A stretch of 64,000 bases of DNA from assembly GCA_963813535.1 (NCBI GenBank), contig CAWEZH010000002.1, positions 928,001 to 992,000 of the forward strand, written 5' to 3'. The notes under the pieces were generated by a model that was not told where the DNA came from, did not search any database, and worked only from the letters and a program-made list of their open reading frames with translations. This document shows, in pieces, positions 31,260-41,134 of the stretch (positions are counted from its first letter, which is position 1; each line of letters starts with the position of its first letter). A program made the position numbers and the translations under genes. This DNA comes from an uncultured Chloroflexia bacterium. Lineage in GTDB: Bacteria > Chloroflexota > Limnocylindria > Limnocylindrales > CSP1-4.

Positions 31260-33701
31260 GTGCCCGCCGTCGACGTCAGGCTCGTGGACGTGGTCAAGCG
31301 ATACGGGGATGCCCTCGCGGTCGACCACATCAACCTCGAGGTCCAGACCGGGGAGTTCTTCACGCTCCTCGGCCCGTCCGGTTGTGGCAAGACCACGACC
31401 CTTCGGATGATCGGCGGCTTCGAGGAGCCGACCTCCGGTCTCATCGAGCTCAAGGGCGAGGACGTGACGTGGCTGCCGCCCTACAAGCGACACGTCAACA
31501 CGGTCTTCCAGAACTACGCGCTCTTCCCCCACCTATCGGTCTTCGAGAACGTCGCGTTCGGCCTTCGGCGCCAGAAGGTCAGCGACTCCGAGGTGCGCAA
31601 CCGGGTCGGCGAGATGCTCCAGCTCGTCGAGCTGCCCGGCTTCGAGCGCCGCAAGCCCACCCAGATCTCCGGTGGCCAGGCCCAGCGCGTGGCTCTCGCC
31701 CGCGCGCTGATCAACAGGCCCTCGGTCCTGCTCCTCGACGAGCCGCTGGGCGCGCTCGACCTGAAGCTGCGCAAGCAGATGCAGGTCGAACTGAAGCGCA
31801 TCCAGCAGGAGGTCGGCATCACGTTCATCTTCGTGACGCACGACCAGGAAGAGGCGATGACGATGTCCGATCGCATCGCCGTCATGAACAAGGGCCGCTA
31901 CGAACAGCTGGCCGACCCGGCCAGCCTGTACGAGCGGCCGCGGACGAGGTTCGTCGCCGGCTTCCTTGGCGTGAGCAACCTCCTCGCATCGACGCCGAGC
32001 GGCACGGCCGACGGCTACGCGGTCGGCCAACTCGCGGACGGCACGAGCGTCCGTGTTCCGGCCGCGCTCACCGAGGGCCTCGATCACTATGAGGTCGGCG
32101 TCCGGCCCGAGAAGATCCGGCTGCGCGAGCTGACCGATGAGGTGCCGGCCGGCCTGAATCAGCTCGAGGGCGTCATCAGTGACGCGTCCTATCTCGGCGT
32201 CTCGACCAGCTACCAGGTCACGACGCGTGGCGGGGCCAAGATCACGGTCTATGAGCAGAACGTCGAGCGGGCGACGCGGGCCGAGCTGTGGGAGCCGGGC
32301 GAAGAGGTCCGCATGACCTGGTCGCCGGACCACAGCTTCGCCGTCGAGTCCGGCGGCACGCCTCCACCGGACGTCGTCACCGCGACCAGCGTCGCGAGCG
32401 AGGGCAGCCCCGCGCCATTGCCGACAGGTCCCTCGCGGCGGGCGTTCCTCGTTGGCGGTGCCTTGGTCGCGGTCGGCGGTGTCGCGGCATTCCTGGCCGC
32501 GACCAACGCGGGCACGCCGGCCGGGTCGGCCGCCCCGAGCGGACCGCCATCCCAGGCCGCGGGTGGGTCGGCCGGTGCCTCGGCGGTGCCGGGGTCGGCG
32601 GCGCCGCCGCAGGTGGCCACCGGTCCGCTCAACTTCGCCAACTGGGACGCCTACATCGATCTGACCACGGTCCCCGGCCCGGACGGAGAGCTCGATACCG
32701 ACGACGACGAGTACGACCTGCCCTCGCCGACGCTCGACGAGTTCGCAGCCCAGTACGGGGTCGAGGTCAACTACGCCAACGCCGAGATCGACGGGAACGA
32801 GTCGTTCATGGCCACCATCACCCCGCAGCTCGAGGCTGGAGTGCCGACCGGCTGGGACCTCATCGTGATCACCGACTTCATGGCCGCCAAGGTGATCGCG
32901 GCCGGTTGGGCCGAGCCGCTCGACCCGGCCGTGACCGCCACGGCCGCGGCCAACGTGCGGGACGAGCTTCGCGACCTGCCGTGGGATCCCGATTTCACCT
33001 ACCACTACCCGTGGCAGTCGGGCGCCACAGGTGTCGGCTACAACTCCGAATCCACCGGGCGCGAGCTGACCAAGCTCGCCGACTTGTTCGATCCGGCGTT
33101 CGCCGGCAAGGTAACGCTCCTCGACGACCCCCACGACACGTTCCCGCTCATCCACACGATGCTCCAGGCACAGGGCCAAGCGTCGGACACGCCGTCGGAG
33201 GCGATGACGGTGGACGACGCGCAGGTCGTCCACGACTACCTGCGGCCGTTCGTCGACAACGGCCACATCCGGGCATTCCGCGGCAACGCGTACCTGCAGG
33301 ACTTCGGCAGCGGTGACACGTGGGTGGCGATGGTCTGGTCGGGCGACCTCGCCTCGTCGGCGGGACCCAACGACGTGTTCGTCTACCCGGAGGAGGGCTC
33401 GAACCTCTTCACCGACAACATGGTCATCCCGAAGGGGGCGGTCAACAAGTACACCGCCGAGCTGATGATCGATTGGGTCTACGACGTGGACCGTGCGGCC
33501 CGGATCGCCAACTTCGTGTACTACATCTCGCCGGTCAAGGGTGTGGCCGACGCGATCAAGGCGCTCGACGAGGAGGTGGCGACCAACCCGCTCCTGTTCC
33601 CGCCGCCCGACGTCCTCGAGAAGCAGCATCCCCAGCCGGAGTGGGACGAGGCCACCGAAGCAGCGGTCAACGGCATGTACGCGGACCTCGCGGGCGTGTG
33701 A
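31260..33701 (+). CDS. Fused PotA-like ABC ATPase + TM/twin-arginine segment + PotD-like solute-binding protein
   Basis: N-terminal GPSGCGKT, ISGGQ, LLLDEP, H-loop and TOBE-like tail. Then SRRAFL with a hydrophobic helix. Then LNFANWDAYID, YPWQSGATG and DNMVIPKGA. There is no internal stop. Confidence 0.9.
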   Translation: MPAVDVRLVDVVKRYGDALAVDHINLEVQTGEFFTLLGPSGCGKTTTLRMIGGFEEPTSGLIELKGEDVTWLPPYKRHVNTVFQNYALFPHLSVFENVAFGLRRQKVSDSEVRNRVGEMLQLVELPGFERRKPTQISGGQAQRVALARALINRPSVLLLDEPLGALDLKLRKQMQVELKRIQQEVGITFIFVTHDQEEAMTMSDRIAVMNKGRYEQLADPASLYERPRTRFVAGFLGVSNLLASTPSGTADGYAVGQLADGTSVRVPAALTEGLDHYEVGVRPEKIRLRELTDEVPAGLNQLEGVISDASYLGVSTSYQVTTRGGAKITVYEQNVERATRAELWEPGEEVRMTWSPDHSFAVESGGTPPPDVVTATSVASEGSPAPLPTGPSRRAFLVGGALVAVGGVAAFLAATNAGTPAGSAAPSGPPSQAAGGSAGASAVPGSAAPPQVATGPLNFANWDAYIDLTTVPGPDGELDTDDDEYDLPSPTLDEFAAQYGVEVNYANAEIDGNESFMATITPQLEAGVPTGWDLIVITDFMAAKVIAAGWAEPLDPAVTATAAANVRDELRDLPWDPDFTYHYPWQSGATGVGYNSESTGRELTKLADLFDPAFAGKVTLLDDPHDTFPLIHTMLQAQGQASDTPSEAMTVDDAQVVHDYLRPFVDNGHIRAFRGNAYLQDFGSGDTWVAMVWSGDLASSAGPNDVFVYPEEGSNLFTDNMVIPKGAVNKYTAELMIDWVYDVDRAARIANFVYYISPVKGVADAIKALDEEVATNPLLFPPPDVLEKQHPQPEWDEATEAAVNGMYADLAGV

Positions 33702-33705
33702 GACC

Positions 33706-34746
33706 GTGACCCGGCGTCGCTGGCTCATCCCGTACCTGCTGCTCATCCCGGGGCTGCTGTGGCTGGCGCTCTTCTTCGTCCTCCCCAACATCCAGATGTT
33801 CCTCATGTCGCTCTCGGAGCGCGCCGGCGGGGCCGGACTGGCGCGCCAGTACGAGCTCACGTGGACGTTGGACAACTACGTCACCGCGCTGACCGCCTTC
33901 CCCGAGCAGTTCGCCAACTCGCTCGTGTACGGCGGACTGGCGACCCTGCTGTGCCTGCTGATCGGCTATCCGCTGGCCTACGGGATCGCGTTCCGCGGTG
34001 GCCGCTACAAGAACCTGCTGCTGTTCTTGGTGATCGCGCCGTTCTTCACGAGCTTCCTGATCCGCACGATCTCGTGGCGGATCCTCCTCGGCAACGACGG
34101 CGCCTTCCTGTCGATCATCCGCGATGGTCTGGGCATCGTCCCGCCGAACTTCAGCATCCTGGGGACGCCACTGGCGGTCGTCTCGGGGCTGACCTATCAG
34201 TTCCTGCCGTTCATGGTCCTGCCGCTGTATGTCTCGCTCGAGAAGATCGACCGGCGCCTGATCGAGGCCGCCAAGGACCTCTACGCCGGGCCATGGCGCC
34301 CGCGGGGCACCGTCGTGGGCGCGCTCAGTGGAGCGGGACTCGCCGTCCTCATCGTGGCGGCCCTGGGATACGTGCAGCTCAGCGCCGGGAGCCTGCCCGG
34401 CATCGTGGCGGTGGCACTCGTCGGTGGCGGGATCGGCGCGGTCATCGGGACCTACCTGATCTCGGAGTCGTACGTGCGGATCATCCTGCCGCTCAGCCTC
34501 GGCGGTGTGTTCGCGGGTTCCATCCTCACGTTCATCCCCGCGATCGGTGACTACGTGAACGTCGAGCTGCTGGGCAACCCGCAGACGCAGATGATCGGCA
34601 ACGTCATCCAGAACCGCTACCTGGCGCAGAACGACTACCCGACGGCCGCGGCGCTGTCGTTCCTCCTCATGGCGGGCATCCTCATCGCGATCTTCATCTA
34701 CGCCCGGGCACTCGGGACCGAGGAGCTGACCGGAGGCCGCGGATGA
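33706..34746 (+). CDS. PotB-like ABC permease with inserted TM hairpin
   Basis: Motifs PFFTSFLIR, LPFMVLPLY and EAAKDLYA, then a ~56-aa hydrophobic insertion before RIILPLS. Confidence 0.88.
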   Translation: MTRRRWLIPYLLLIPGLLWLALFFVLPNIQMFLMSLSERAGGAGLARQYELTWTLDNYVTALTAFPEQFANSLVYGGLATLLCLLIGYPLAYGIAFRGGRYKNLLLFLVIAPFFTSFLIRTISWRILLGNDGAFLSIIRDGLGIVPPNFSILGTPLAVVSGLTYQFLPFMVLPLYVSLEKIDRRLIEAAKDLYAGPWRPRGTVVGALSGAGLAVLIVAALGYVQLSAGSLPGIVAVALVGGGIGAVIGTYLISESYVRIILPLSLGGVFAGSILTFIPAIGDYVNVELLGNPQTQMIGNVIQNRYLAQNDYPTAAALSFLLMAGILIAIFIYARALGTEELTGGRG

Positions 34747-35699
34747 CCGACGCGACGCTCACCCAGGGCCAGGAGGTCGCCGTCGCGCGCTCGGTCGGCA
34801 CCGGCCAGCGCGTGCAGAAGGCCGTCGATCGCTGGCTGATCCCGATCTTCGTCTTCCTCGCGCTGTTCTACCTGATGCTGCCCATCCTGGTGATGATCGC
34901 GTTCTCGTTCAACGATCCACCGGGCCGGTTCAACTTCGTCTGGGGTTCCTTCTCGCTGGCGGCCTGGCAGAACCCCTTCGGGCGCCCAGGCCTCGAAGCG
35001 GCGCTGATCACCAGCCTGGTCGTCGCGACCCTCGCGACGATCGTCGCCACGATCCTCGGCACGCTCATCGCGCTCGCCCTGTCGCGCTACAACTTCACCG
35101 GGCGCTCGAGCACGAGCCTGTTCATCTTCATCCCGATGGCGACGCCCGAGATCGTCCTCGGCGCGAGCCTGCTGACGCTGTTCGTCGGGTCGGCCAACGA
35201 GCCGTGGAAGACGCTCACCGGCGGGGTGCTCTTCCCGCTCGGCGTCCAGACGATCCTCATCGCCCACATCATGTTCAACATCAGCTTCGTGGTGGTGACC
35301 GTGCGGGCCAGGATGCAGGGGTTCCCCCACCACCTCGAGGAGGCGGCGATGGACCTCGGCGCCACACCGTGGACCACGTTCTGGAAGGTGACCTTCCCGC
35401 TCATCCTGCCCGGCATCCTGGCCGGCGCATTGCTGGCGTTCTCCCTCTCGATCGACGACTTCATCATCACCAACTTCACGTCGGGCACGTCCTCCACGTT
35501 CCCGATCTGGGTGTGGGCAAGCATCAGGAACAACCTGCCTCCACAGGTCCACGTCATCGGGACGATGGTCTTCGTCGGCGCGGTCGGCCTGGTCGCGCTC
35601 AGCACGTTGTGGGAGCGGCGGAATGAACGGCGGGATCGGATGATCGCCGCGCAGGAAGCCGCCAAGGCGAGTACGGCGGCGGCGGCCGCCCAGGCCTGA
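34743..35699 (+). CDS. PotC-like ABC permease
   Basis: Motifs EEAAMDLGA and FSLSIDDF. Confidence 0.92.
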   Translation: MTDATLTQGQEVAVARSVGTGQRVQKAVDRWLIPIFVFLALFYLMLPILVMIAFSFNDPPGRFNFVWGSFSLAAWQNPFGRPGLEAALITSLVVATLATIVATILGTLIALALSRYNFTGRSSTSLFIFIPMATPEIVLGASLLTLFVGSANEPWKTLTGGVLFPLGVQTILIAHIMFNISFVVVTVRARMQGFPHHLEEAAMDLGATPWTTFWKVTFPLILPGILAGALLAFSLSIDDFIITNFTSGTSSTFPIWVWASIRNNLPPQVHVIGTMVFVGAVGLVALSTLWERRNERRDRMIAAQEAAKASTAAAAAQA

Positions 35700-35717
35700 C
35701 CCAGGGAAGGACACGCC

Positions 35718-37046
35718 ATGATCGACACGCGGGCCGACACGTCCGGCGGAGCAGCGGACAGCCTCCCGGATCACGCCGTGATCCCGCCCGTCTGGGGCCG
35801 TATCACGAACCTCGACGTGGATCGTGGCGAGGGCTCATGGCTCATCACCCGCGACGGCGAGCGCTACCTGGACTACAGCTCGGGGATCGGCGTCACCAAC
35901 ACCGGGCATGCCCACCCGCGGGTGGCCGCAGCGATCGCGACGCAGGCCCAGAAGCTCCTCCACGGCCAGCAGAACATCCTGTACCACGAGCCGGGCCTGC
36001 GGCTGTACGACCGGCTCCCGAACCTCCTCCCCGGCGGCCCGTTCCAGGCGTTCCTGTCGAATTCGGGCGCCGAGGCCATCGAGGCGTCCGTCAAGTTGGC
36101 GCGGGTGTCGACCGGTCGCCCGGTCATCCTGGCGTTCCGCTACGGCTACCACGGCCGGACGGCCCAGACCATGGCGCTCACGACCGCGAAGGACGTGTAC
36201 CGCGGCGCCTTCGAGCCGCTGCCCGGGAGCGTCTACCACACCGCCTATCCGTACTGCTATCGCGCGGCCACCGGCCCGCACGACCCGTCGGCCTGCACGT
36301 GCGGCTGGGAGGAGCAGCTCGAGCTGACCTTCCACCAGATCATCTACCCGGACCAGGTCGCGGCGATCATCATCGAGCCGGTGCTCGGCGAAGGCGGCTA
36401 CATCGTCCCGCCGCCGGACTTCCTGCCGCGGCTCCGGGAGATCACCCGCCGCCACGGCATCATGCTGATCGCCGACGAGGTCCAGACCGGGTTCGGGCGG
36501 ACCGGCCAGATGTTCGCCGTCATGCACTACGACGTGGAGCCCGACATCCTGGTCATGGCCAAGGGCATCGCCTCGGGTCTGCCGCTGTCGGGGATCCTCG
36601 CCCGCCAGGAGCTGATGGCGCGCTGGAAGCCCGGCAGTCACGGTGGCACGTACGGCGGCAACGTCGTGTCGTGCGCGGCGGCGAACGCGACGCTCGACGT
36701 CATCGAGGACGAAGGCCTCGTGGCCAATGCCGCCGAGCGCGGCACCCAGTTCCTGACCGGGCTCCGGGCGCTGAAGGCGAAGTACCGCGCCATCGGCGAT
36801 GCGCGCGGACTGGGCCTGATGGTCGCCATCGAGCTCGTCAAGCCCGACGAGGGCGACGGGCGCGTGCCGGACCCGGACCTGACCAAGCGGATCCAGGCCG
36901 AAGCCCTCGCGCGCAAGCTCATCGTGCTCACTGCGGGGACGTATGTGAACGTGATCCGCATCATCCCGCCGCTCGTAACCACGGCGGATGAGGTCGATCA
37001 GGCGTTGTCGATCCTGGACGAGTCGCTGGCAGCCGCTGGCGCCTGA
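35718..37046 (+). CDS. Class III PLP aminotransferase (4-aminobutyrate/omega-amine type)
   Basis: Motifs NSGAEA, YHGRT, EPVLGEGG, DEVQTGFGRTG, MAKG and GGTYGGN. Confidence 0.92.
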   Translation: MIDTRADTSGGAADSLPDHAVIPPVWGRITNLDVDRGEGSWLITRDGERYLDYSSGIGVTNTGHAHPRVAAAIATQAQKLLHGQQNILYHEPGLRLYDRLPNLLPGGPFQAFLSNSGAEAIEASVKLARVSTGRPVILAFRYGYHGRTAQTMALTTAKDVYRGAFEPLPGSVYHTAYPYCYRAATGPHDPSACTCGWEEQLELTFHQIIYPDQVAAIIIEPVLGEGGYIVPPPDFLPRLREITRRHGIMLIADEVQTGFGRTGQMFAVMHYDVEPDILVMAKGIASGLPLSGILARQELMARWKPGSHGGTYGGNVVSCAAANATLDVIEDEGLVANAAERGTQFLTGLRALKAKYRAIGDARGLGLMVAIELVKPDEGDGRVPDPDLTKRIQAEALARKLIVLTAGTYVNVIRIIPPLVTTADEVDQALSILDESLAAAGA

Positions 37047-37060
37047 CAGGTCGCGCTGAC

Positions 37061-37744
37061 GTGGAGCTCGCGTCGGCCGGCCTGCTCGTCGTCGTCGGGC
37101 TGATCCTGGTCAAGGAAGCCGGCCTGCCGGTCCCCGTCCCGGGTGACCTGATCGTCATCGGTGCCGGGGTTGCCGCCTCCCGCGGCGACGTTGATCCGGT
37201 CACCACGCTCGTCCTGATCGTGCTCGCGAGCATCGTCGGCGGGGTGGTCCAGTACGCCCTCGTCCGGTCGATCGCTCGGCCGGCCCTGCTCCGGTTGCTC
37301 CAGCGGGTCACGTCGGCGGAGAGCCTCGACCGGCAGACGGAACGCCTTCGCCGCGGCGGCGCCCGCTCCGTGGCGGTCGCCCGATCGACGCCCGGGATCC
37401 GCATCGTCGCCATCGCCGCCAGCGCGCTCGCGGCCATCCCGCCGGTCGCCTTCGTCGCCGGCTTGGCGCTCGGCAACGCGCTGTTCATCGCTGCCCACTT
37501 CGGGCTGGGCTACGTGCTCGGTGAGCCCTTGCTGGCCGTCGTCGGCGGCGTGCTCGGCCCGCTGGCAGTGGCCGGCATCGTCCTCGCCGTGCTGGGTGGG
37601 CTCGGCTGGTTGGTCCTGGCTCGACGTCGTGGACGCGCGATGTCCGGGGCGGCCGATGTGACGGATCTCGCCACGATCGGGGCCTGGGCCGACGCCTGTT
37701 GCCCGGGGTGCTTGTCGCTCGCGGCCCTGGAGGCCAGCCGCTAG
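37061..37744 (+). CDS. DedA/VTT family membrane protein
   Basis: Motifs EAGLPVPVPGD and RSTPGIR, with TM helices. Confidence 0.85.
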   Translation: MELASAGLLVVVGLILVKEAGLPVPVPGDLIVIGAGVAASRGDVDPVTTLVLIVLASIVGGVVQYALVRSIARPALLRLLQRVTSAESLDRQTERLRRGGARSVAVARSTPGIRIVAIAASALAAIPPVAFVAGLALGNALFIAAHFGLGYVLGEPLLAVVGGVLGPLAVAGIVLAVLGGLGWLVLARRRGRAMSGAADVTDLATIGAWADACCPGCLSLAALEASR

Positions 37745-38580
37745 CCCTCCCGGAGGCGACGAAGGACGGCGTCGTGCAGCCGGCCGTTCGAGGCGACGAT
37801 CGTGCCCGTTTCGATGTCGCGACGACCGTCGAAGTCCGTGACACGACCCCCAGCCTCCTCGATCAGCACGGTCGGCGCGGCTGCGTCCCACGATTTCAGC
37901 CCGACCTCGACCATCGCCTCTCCCGCACCCTCGGCGATCAGCGCGTAGCCCCAGAAATCGCCGTACCCGCGGTCACGCCAGACGTCGCGCAACAGCCCGT
38001 CGAAACCGGGCGCCAGACCCGTCTCCTGGATATCGCGCGCCGAGCCGTACAGGACCTGCGCGTCCTCGAGCCGGCCGACCGCCGACACGCGGATCCGGCG
38101 CGGCTCCGTGCCCCGGTTGCGCGCCCACGCGCCGCCGCCGCGGTACGCCCACCAGCGCTCGTCGAGCGCTGCCGCAGACAGGACTGCGGCCTGCAGCTCA
38201 CCGTCCCGTTCCACCGCGAGGAGCGTCCCGAACAGGGGCACGCCGCGGACGAAGTTGTGGGTGGCATCGATGGGGTCGATGTACCAACGGACCGGCGCAT
38301 CGCCGGCCTCGATCCCGTATTCCTCGCCGACGAGCCCATGGTCCGGGAACGCGTCGGCCAGACGCTCGCGTATCCGCCGCTCGATCGCCGTGTCGACCTG
38401 CGTCACGAGCGTGTTGTCGGGCTTGGTGTCGATCGTCAGGTCACGCCGGAACGATGCCCGGGCGAGGGCGTCCGCCTCGTCGCAGGCCGCAAGCGCCTCG
38501 TCGAGCCAGCCCTTGAGCTCATCCTCGGTCCCGCGCCGCAGGGACGCGGACCACGCCGCACCGTAGTCGCCATCGTTCAC
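37741..38580 (-). CDS. Inositol monophosphatase family / histidinol-phosphatase (HisN-like)
   Basis: Motifs GEE, WYIDPIDAT, RGYGDFW and WDAAA. GTGA overlap with the upstream gene. Confidence 0.87.
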   Translation of the reverse strand: MNDGDYGAAWSASLRRGTEDELKGWLDEALAACDEADALARASFRRDLTIDTKPDNTLVTQVDTAIERRIRERLADAFPDHGLVGEEYGIEAGDAPVRWYIDPIDATHNFVRGVPLFGTLLAVERDGELQAAVLSAAALDERWWAYRGGGAWARNRGTEPRRIRVSAVGRLEDAQVLYGSARDIQETGLAPGFDGLLRDVWRDRGYGDFWGYALIAEGAGEAMVEVGLKSWDAAAPTVLIEEAGGRVTDFDGRRDIETGTIVASNGRLHDAVLRRLREG

Positions 38581-41030
38581 GATCGGATCGTAGCGTTGGT
38601 CGGGTCGTAGAGCGGCTCGCGCACGACCGTGAAACCGATCCAACGGCCGAACACCTCGACGTCGCCGCGAGTGCCGACGCCGCGGTCGGGCGGCAGGTAC
38701 GCATAGGCGATCGAGTTCTCGACCGCGAAGCCCTGGCCGCCGCTGGTCACCCGACCGACCACCTCGCCGTCGATGCGCACCGGCTCATTGCCCAGGCAGA
38801 CGTCGAGTGCGTCGTCGAGGACGAGACAGCGCAGTCGCTTGGACGGTCCGTCGGCCGTCGCGGCGCGCAGGGCGGCGGCCGCCTGCGACGGCTCGGCCTT
38901 GTCGAGCGCGACCGCGAAGCCGAGCCCGGCCTCGAACGGGTTCTCGTCGGGCGTGATGTCGGTCGACCAGACCCGATAGCCCTTCTCGAGCCGGAGCGCG
39001 TCGATCGCCCGATAGCCACCGGCGACCATGCCGTGCGGTCGGCCCGCCTCCCACAGGGTCGCCCACAGCGCACGCCCGTACTCCATCGGTGCGTAGAGCT
39101 CCCAGCCAAGCTCGCCGACGTACGTCACCCGCAACGCGAGGAGCGGGACCGAACCGACGCTGATCTCGCGCGCGGTGAGGAACGGGAAGCCGGCATCGGA
39201 CACGTCGTCGCGCGTGAGTTGCGCCAGGATGTCGCGTGCCCGCGGTCCCCACAGCCCGAAGCACACGCGCGCCGACGTGATGTCGCGGATGGTCACCGAG
39301 CCGTCGACCGGGAGGTTGGACCGGAGCCACGCGGCATCGTGGTTGCCGTAGGCCGTCCCGGTGATCAGCATGAAACGGTCCGCGGCGAGGCGGGTCACGG
39401 TCACATCGGCCTGGATACCGCCACGCCGATCGAGCAGCTGCGTGTACACGATCGATCCGACCACACGGTCGACGTCGTTCCCACACACCCGCTGGAGGAA
39501 CGAGCAGGCTCCCGGCCCGACGATCTCGAGCTTCGCGAACGACGTCTCGTCGAACAGCGCGGCCGCCTGGCGCGTGGCGAGCGCCTCCGCGGCGATCGCG
39601 GGCGACCAGTGCTGACCGGCCCAGCCCCGCGGGCGAAGCACCTCGAGCGACTCCCGGCCGCCGAACCGTGGATCGTCCGCGTTCGGCTCGAACCAGTTCG
39701 GCCGCTCCCAGCCGGACTTCTCCCCGAACACCGCCCCGAGCGCGGCGAGATCCTCGTAGGTCGGCGAGGTCCGCAGGGGCCGCCCGGCCTGCCGCTCCTC
39801 GCTCGGGTAGTGGATGTCGTAGTAGGTCGCGTAATTCTCGACCGAGCGGGCGAGCGTGTACGACTGCGACCGATAGGCCGCCCCGAACCGGCGGATGTCC
39901 ATCTTCCACAGGTCGAGCTCGGGTTCGCCGTCCACGATCCAGCTCGCCACCTGGCGACCGATGCCACCCGCCCCGGCGATCCCGTGCGCGCAGAACCCGG
40001 CGGCGAGCCAGAACCCGCGCACGGCCGACTCGCCCAGGATGAACTCGTTGTCCGGGGTGAATGCCTCAGGCCCATTGATGATCCGGCTGACACGCGCGTC
40101 GGCCATCGCCGGGACCCGACGGATGGCGCCCTCCATGATCGGCTCGAAGCGCGGCAGGTCGGGTGCGAGCAGCTTGCCGTTGAAGTCCGGCGGGACGCCA
40201 TCGAGCGACCACGGCGCAGGCTCCCGCTCGTAGCCGCCCATGCACAGCCCGCCGACCTCCTCGCGGAAGTAGACGAGGTTGTCCGGATCGCGGAGCTGGG
40301 GCAGCCCGGGCACCACGCCGTCGATCGCTTCGGTGAACAGGTACTGGTGCGCCATCGGGATGATCGGCACGGTGACGTCGACCAGGTCGCCGATCTCCGG
40401 CGCGAAGATGCCACCGGCGTTGACCACGATGTCGGTCGCGATGACCTGCCGCTCGCCGTCGTGTTCGACGGTCACCCCGGACACGCGACCGCGCTCGACG
40501 CCGATGGCGACGACCCGTCGCCCGGTCCGGATCGACACGCCGCGCCGCCTGGCGCCGGCCGCCAGCGCCTGCGCCAGGCCGGATGGGTCGAGCCACCCGT
40601 CGGTCGGCAGCCACACGGCCCCGAGCACGCCCTCGGTCGACATGAGCGGGAAGCGGTCCTGGGCCGCCTGGGCGTCGATCAGGTCCATCGGCAACCCGAA
40701 GGTCTTCGCCCAGCCCGCCTGCCGCTCGAGCTCCTCCATCCGCTCCTTCGACGATGCGAGCCGGATCGAACCCACCTCGTGCCACGACGGGTCGACCCCG
40801 GTCTCGTCGCGCAACCTTCGGTACAGGTCTGAGCCGTACATCATCATCTTCGTCAGCGTCACCGAGCCCCGGAGCTGCCCGACGAGGCCTGCGCTGTGGA
40901 AGGTCGAGCCGCTCGTGAGGTCGGCGCGTTCCAGGAGGACGATGTCGGTCCAGCCACGCTCGGCGAGGTGGTACGCGACCGACGTACCACCGACGCCACC
41001 GCCGATGATCACGACACGGGCGTGGTCCAT
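38577..41030 (-). CDS. FAD-dependent oxidoreductase with GcvT domain (dimethylglycine/sarcosine dehydrogenase-like N-demethylase)
   Basis: Motifs IIGGGVGG, GSTFHSAG, GPEAFTPD, YVGELGWELY and LRLEKGY. Confidence 0.93.
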   Translation of the reverse strand: MDHARVVIIGGGVGGTSVAYHLAERGWTDIVLLERADLTSGSTFHSAGLVGQLRGSVTLTKMMMYGSDLYRRLRDETGVDPSWHEVGSIRLASSKERMEELERQAGWAKTFGLPMDLIDAQAAQDRFPLMSTEGVLGAVWLPTDGWLDPSGLAQALAAGARRRGVSIRTGRRVVAIGVERGRVSGVTVEHDGERQVIATDIVVNAGGIFAPEIGDLVDVTVPIIPMAHQYLFTEAIDGVVPGLPQLRDPDNLVYFREEVGGLCMGGYEREPAPWSLDGVPPDFNGKLLAPDLPRFEPIMEGAIRRVPAMADARVSRIINGPEAFTPDNEFILGESAVRGFWLAAGFCAHGIAGAGGIGRQVASWIVDGEPELDLWKMDIRRFGAAYRSQSYTLARSVENYATYYDIHYPSEERQAGRPLRTSPTYEDLAALGAVFGEKSGWERPNWFEPNADDPRFGGRESLEVLRPRGWAGQHWSPAIAAEALATRQAAALFDETSFAKLEIVGPGACSFLQRVCGNDVDRVVGSIVYTQLLDRRGGIQADVTVTRLAADRFMLITGTAYGNHDAAWLRSNLPVDGSVTIRDITSARVCFGLWGPRARDILAQLTRDDVSDAGFPFLTAREISVGSVPLLALRVTYVGELGWELYAPMEYGRALWATLWEAGRPHGMVAGGYRAIDALRLEKGYRVWSTDITPDENPFEAGLGFAVALDKAEPSQAAAALRAATADGPSKRLRCLVLDDALDVCLGNEPVRIDGEVVGRVTSGGQGFAVENSIAYAYLPPDRGVGTRGDVEVFGRWIGFTVVREPLYDPTNATIRS

Positions 41031-41134
41031 CGCCGAAGCGTAGCCGCGACTCAGCACGCCCGTGACCCGGCGCCACGCACCGCGACGGGGTGCGCCCCAC
41101 CCTGGATCCGGGCGTTCGAGTAGGCTGCCCGCGC

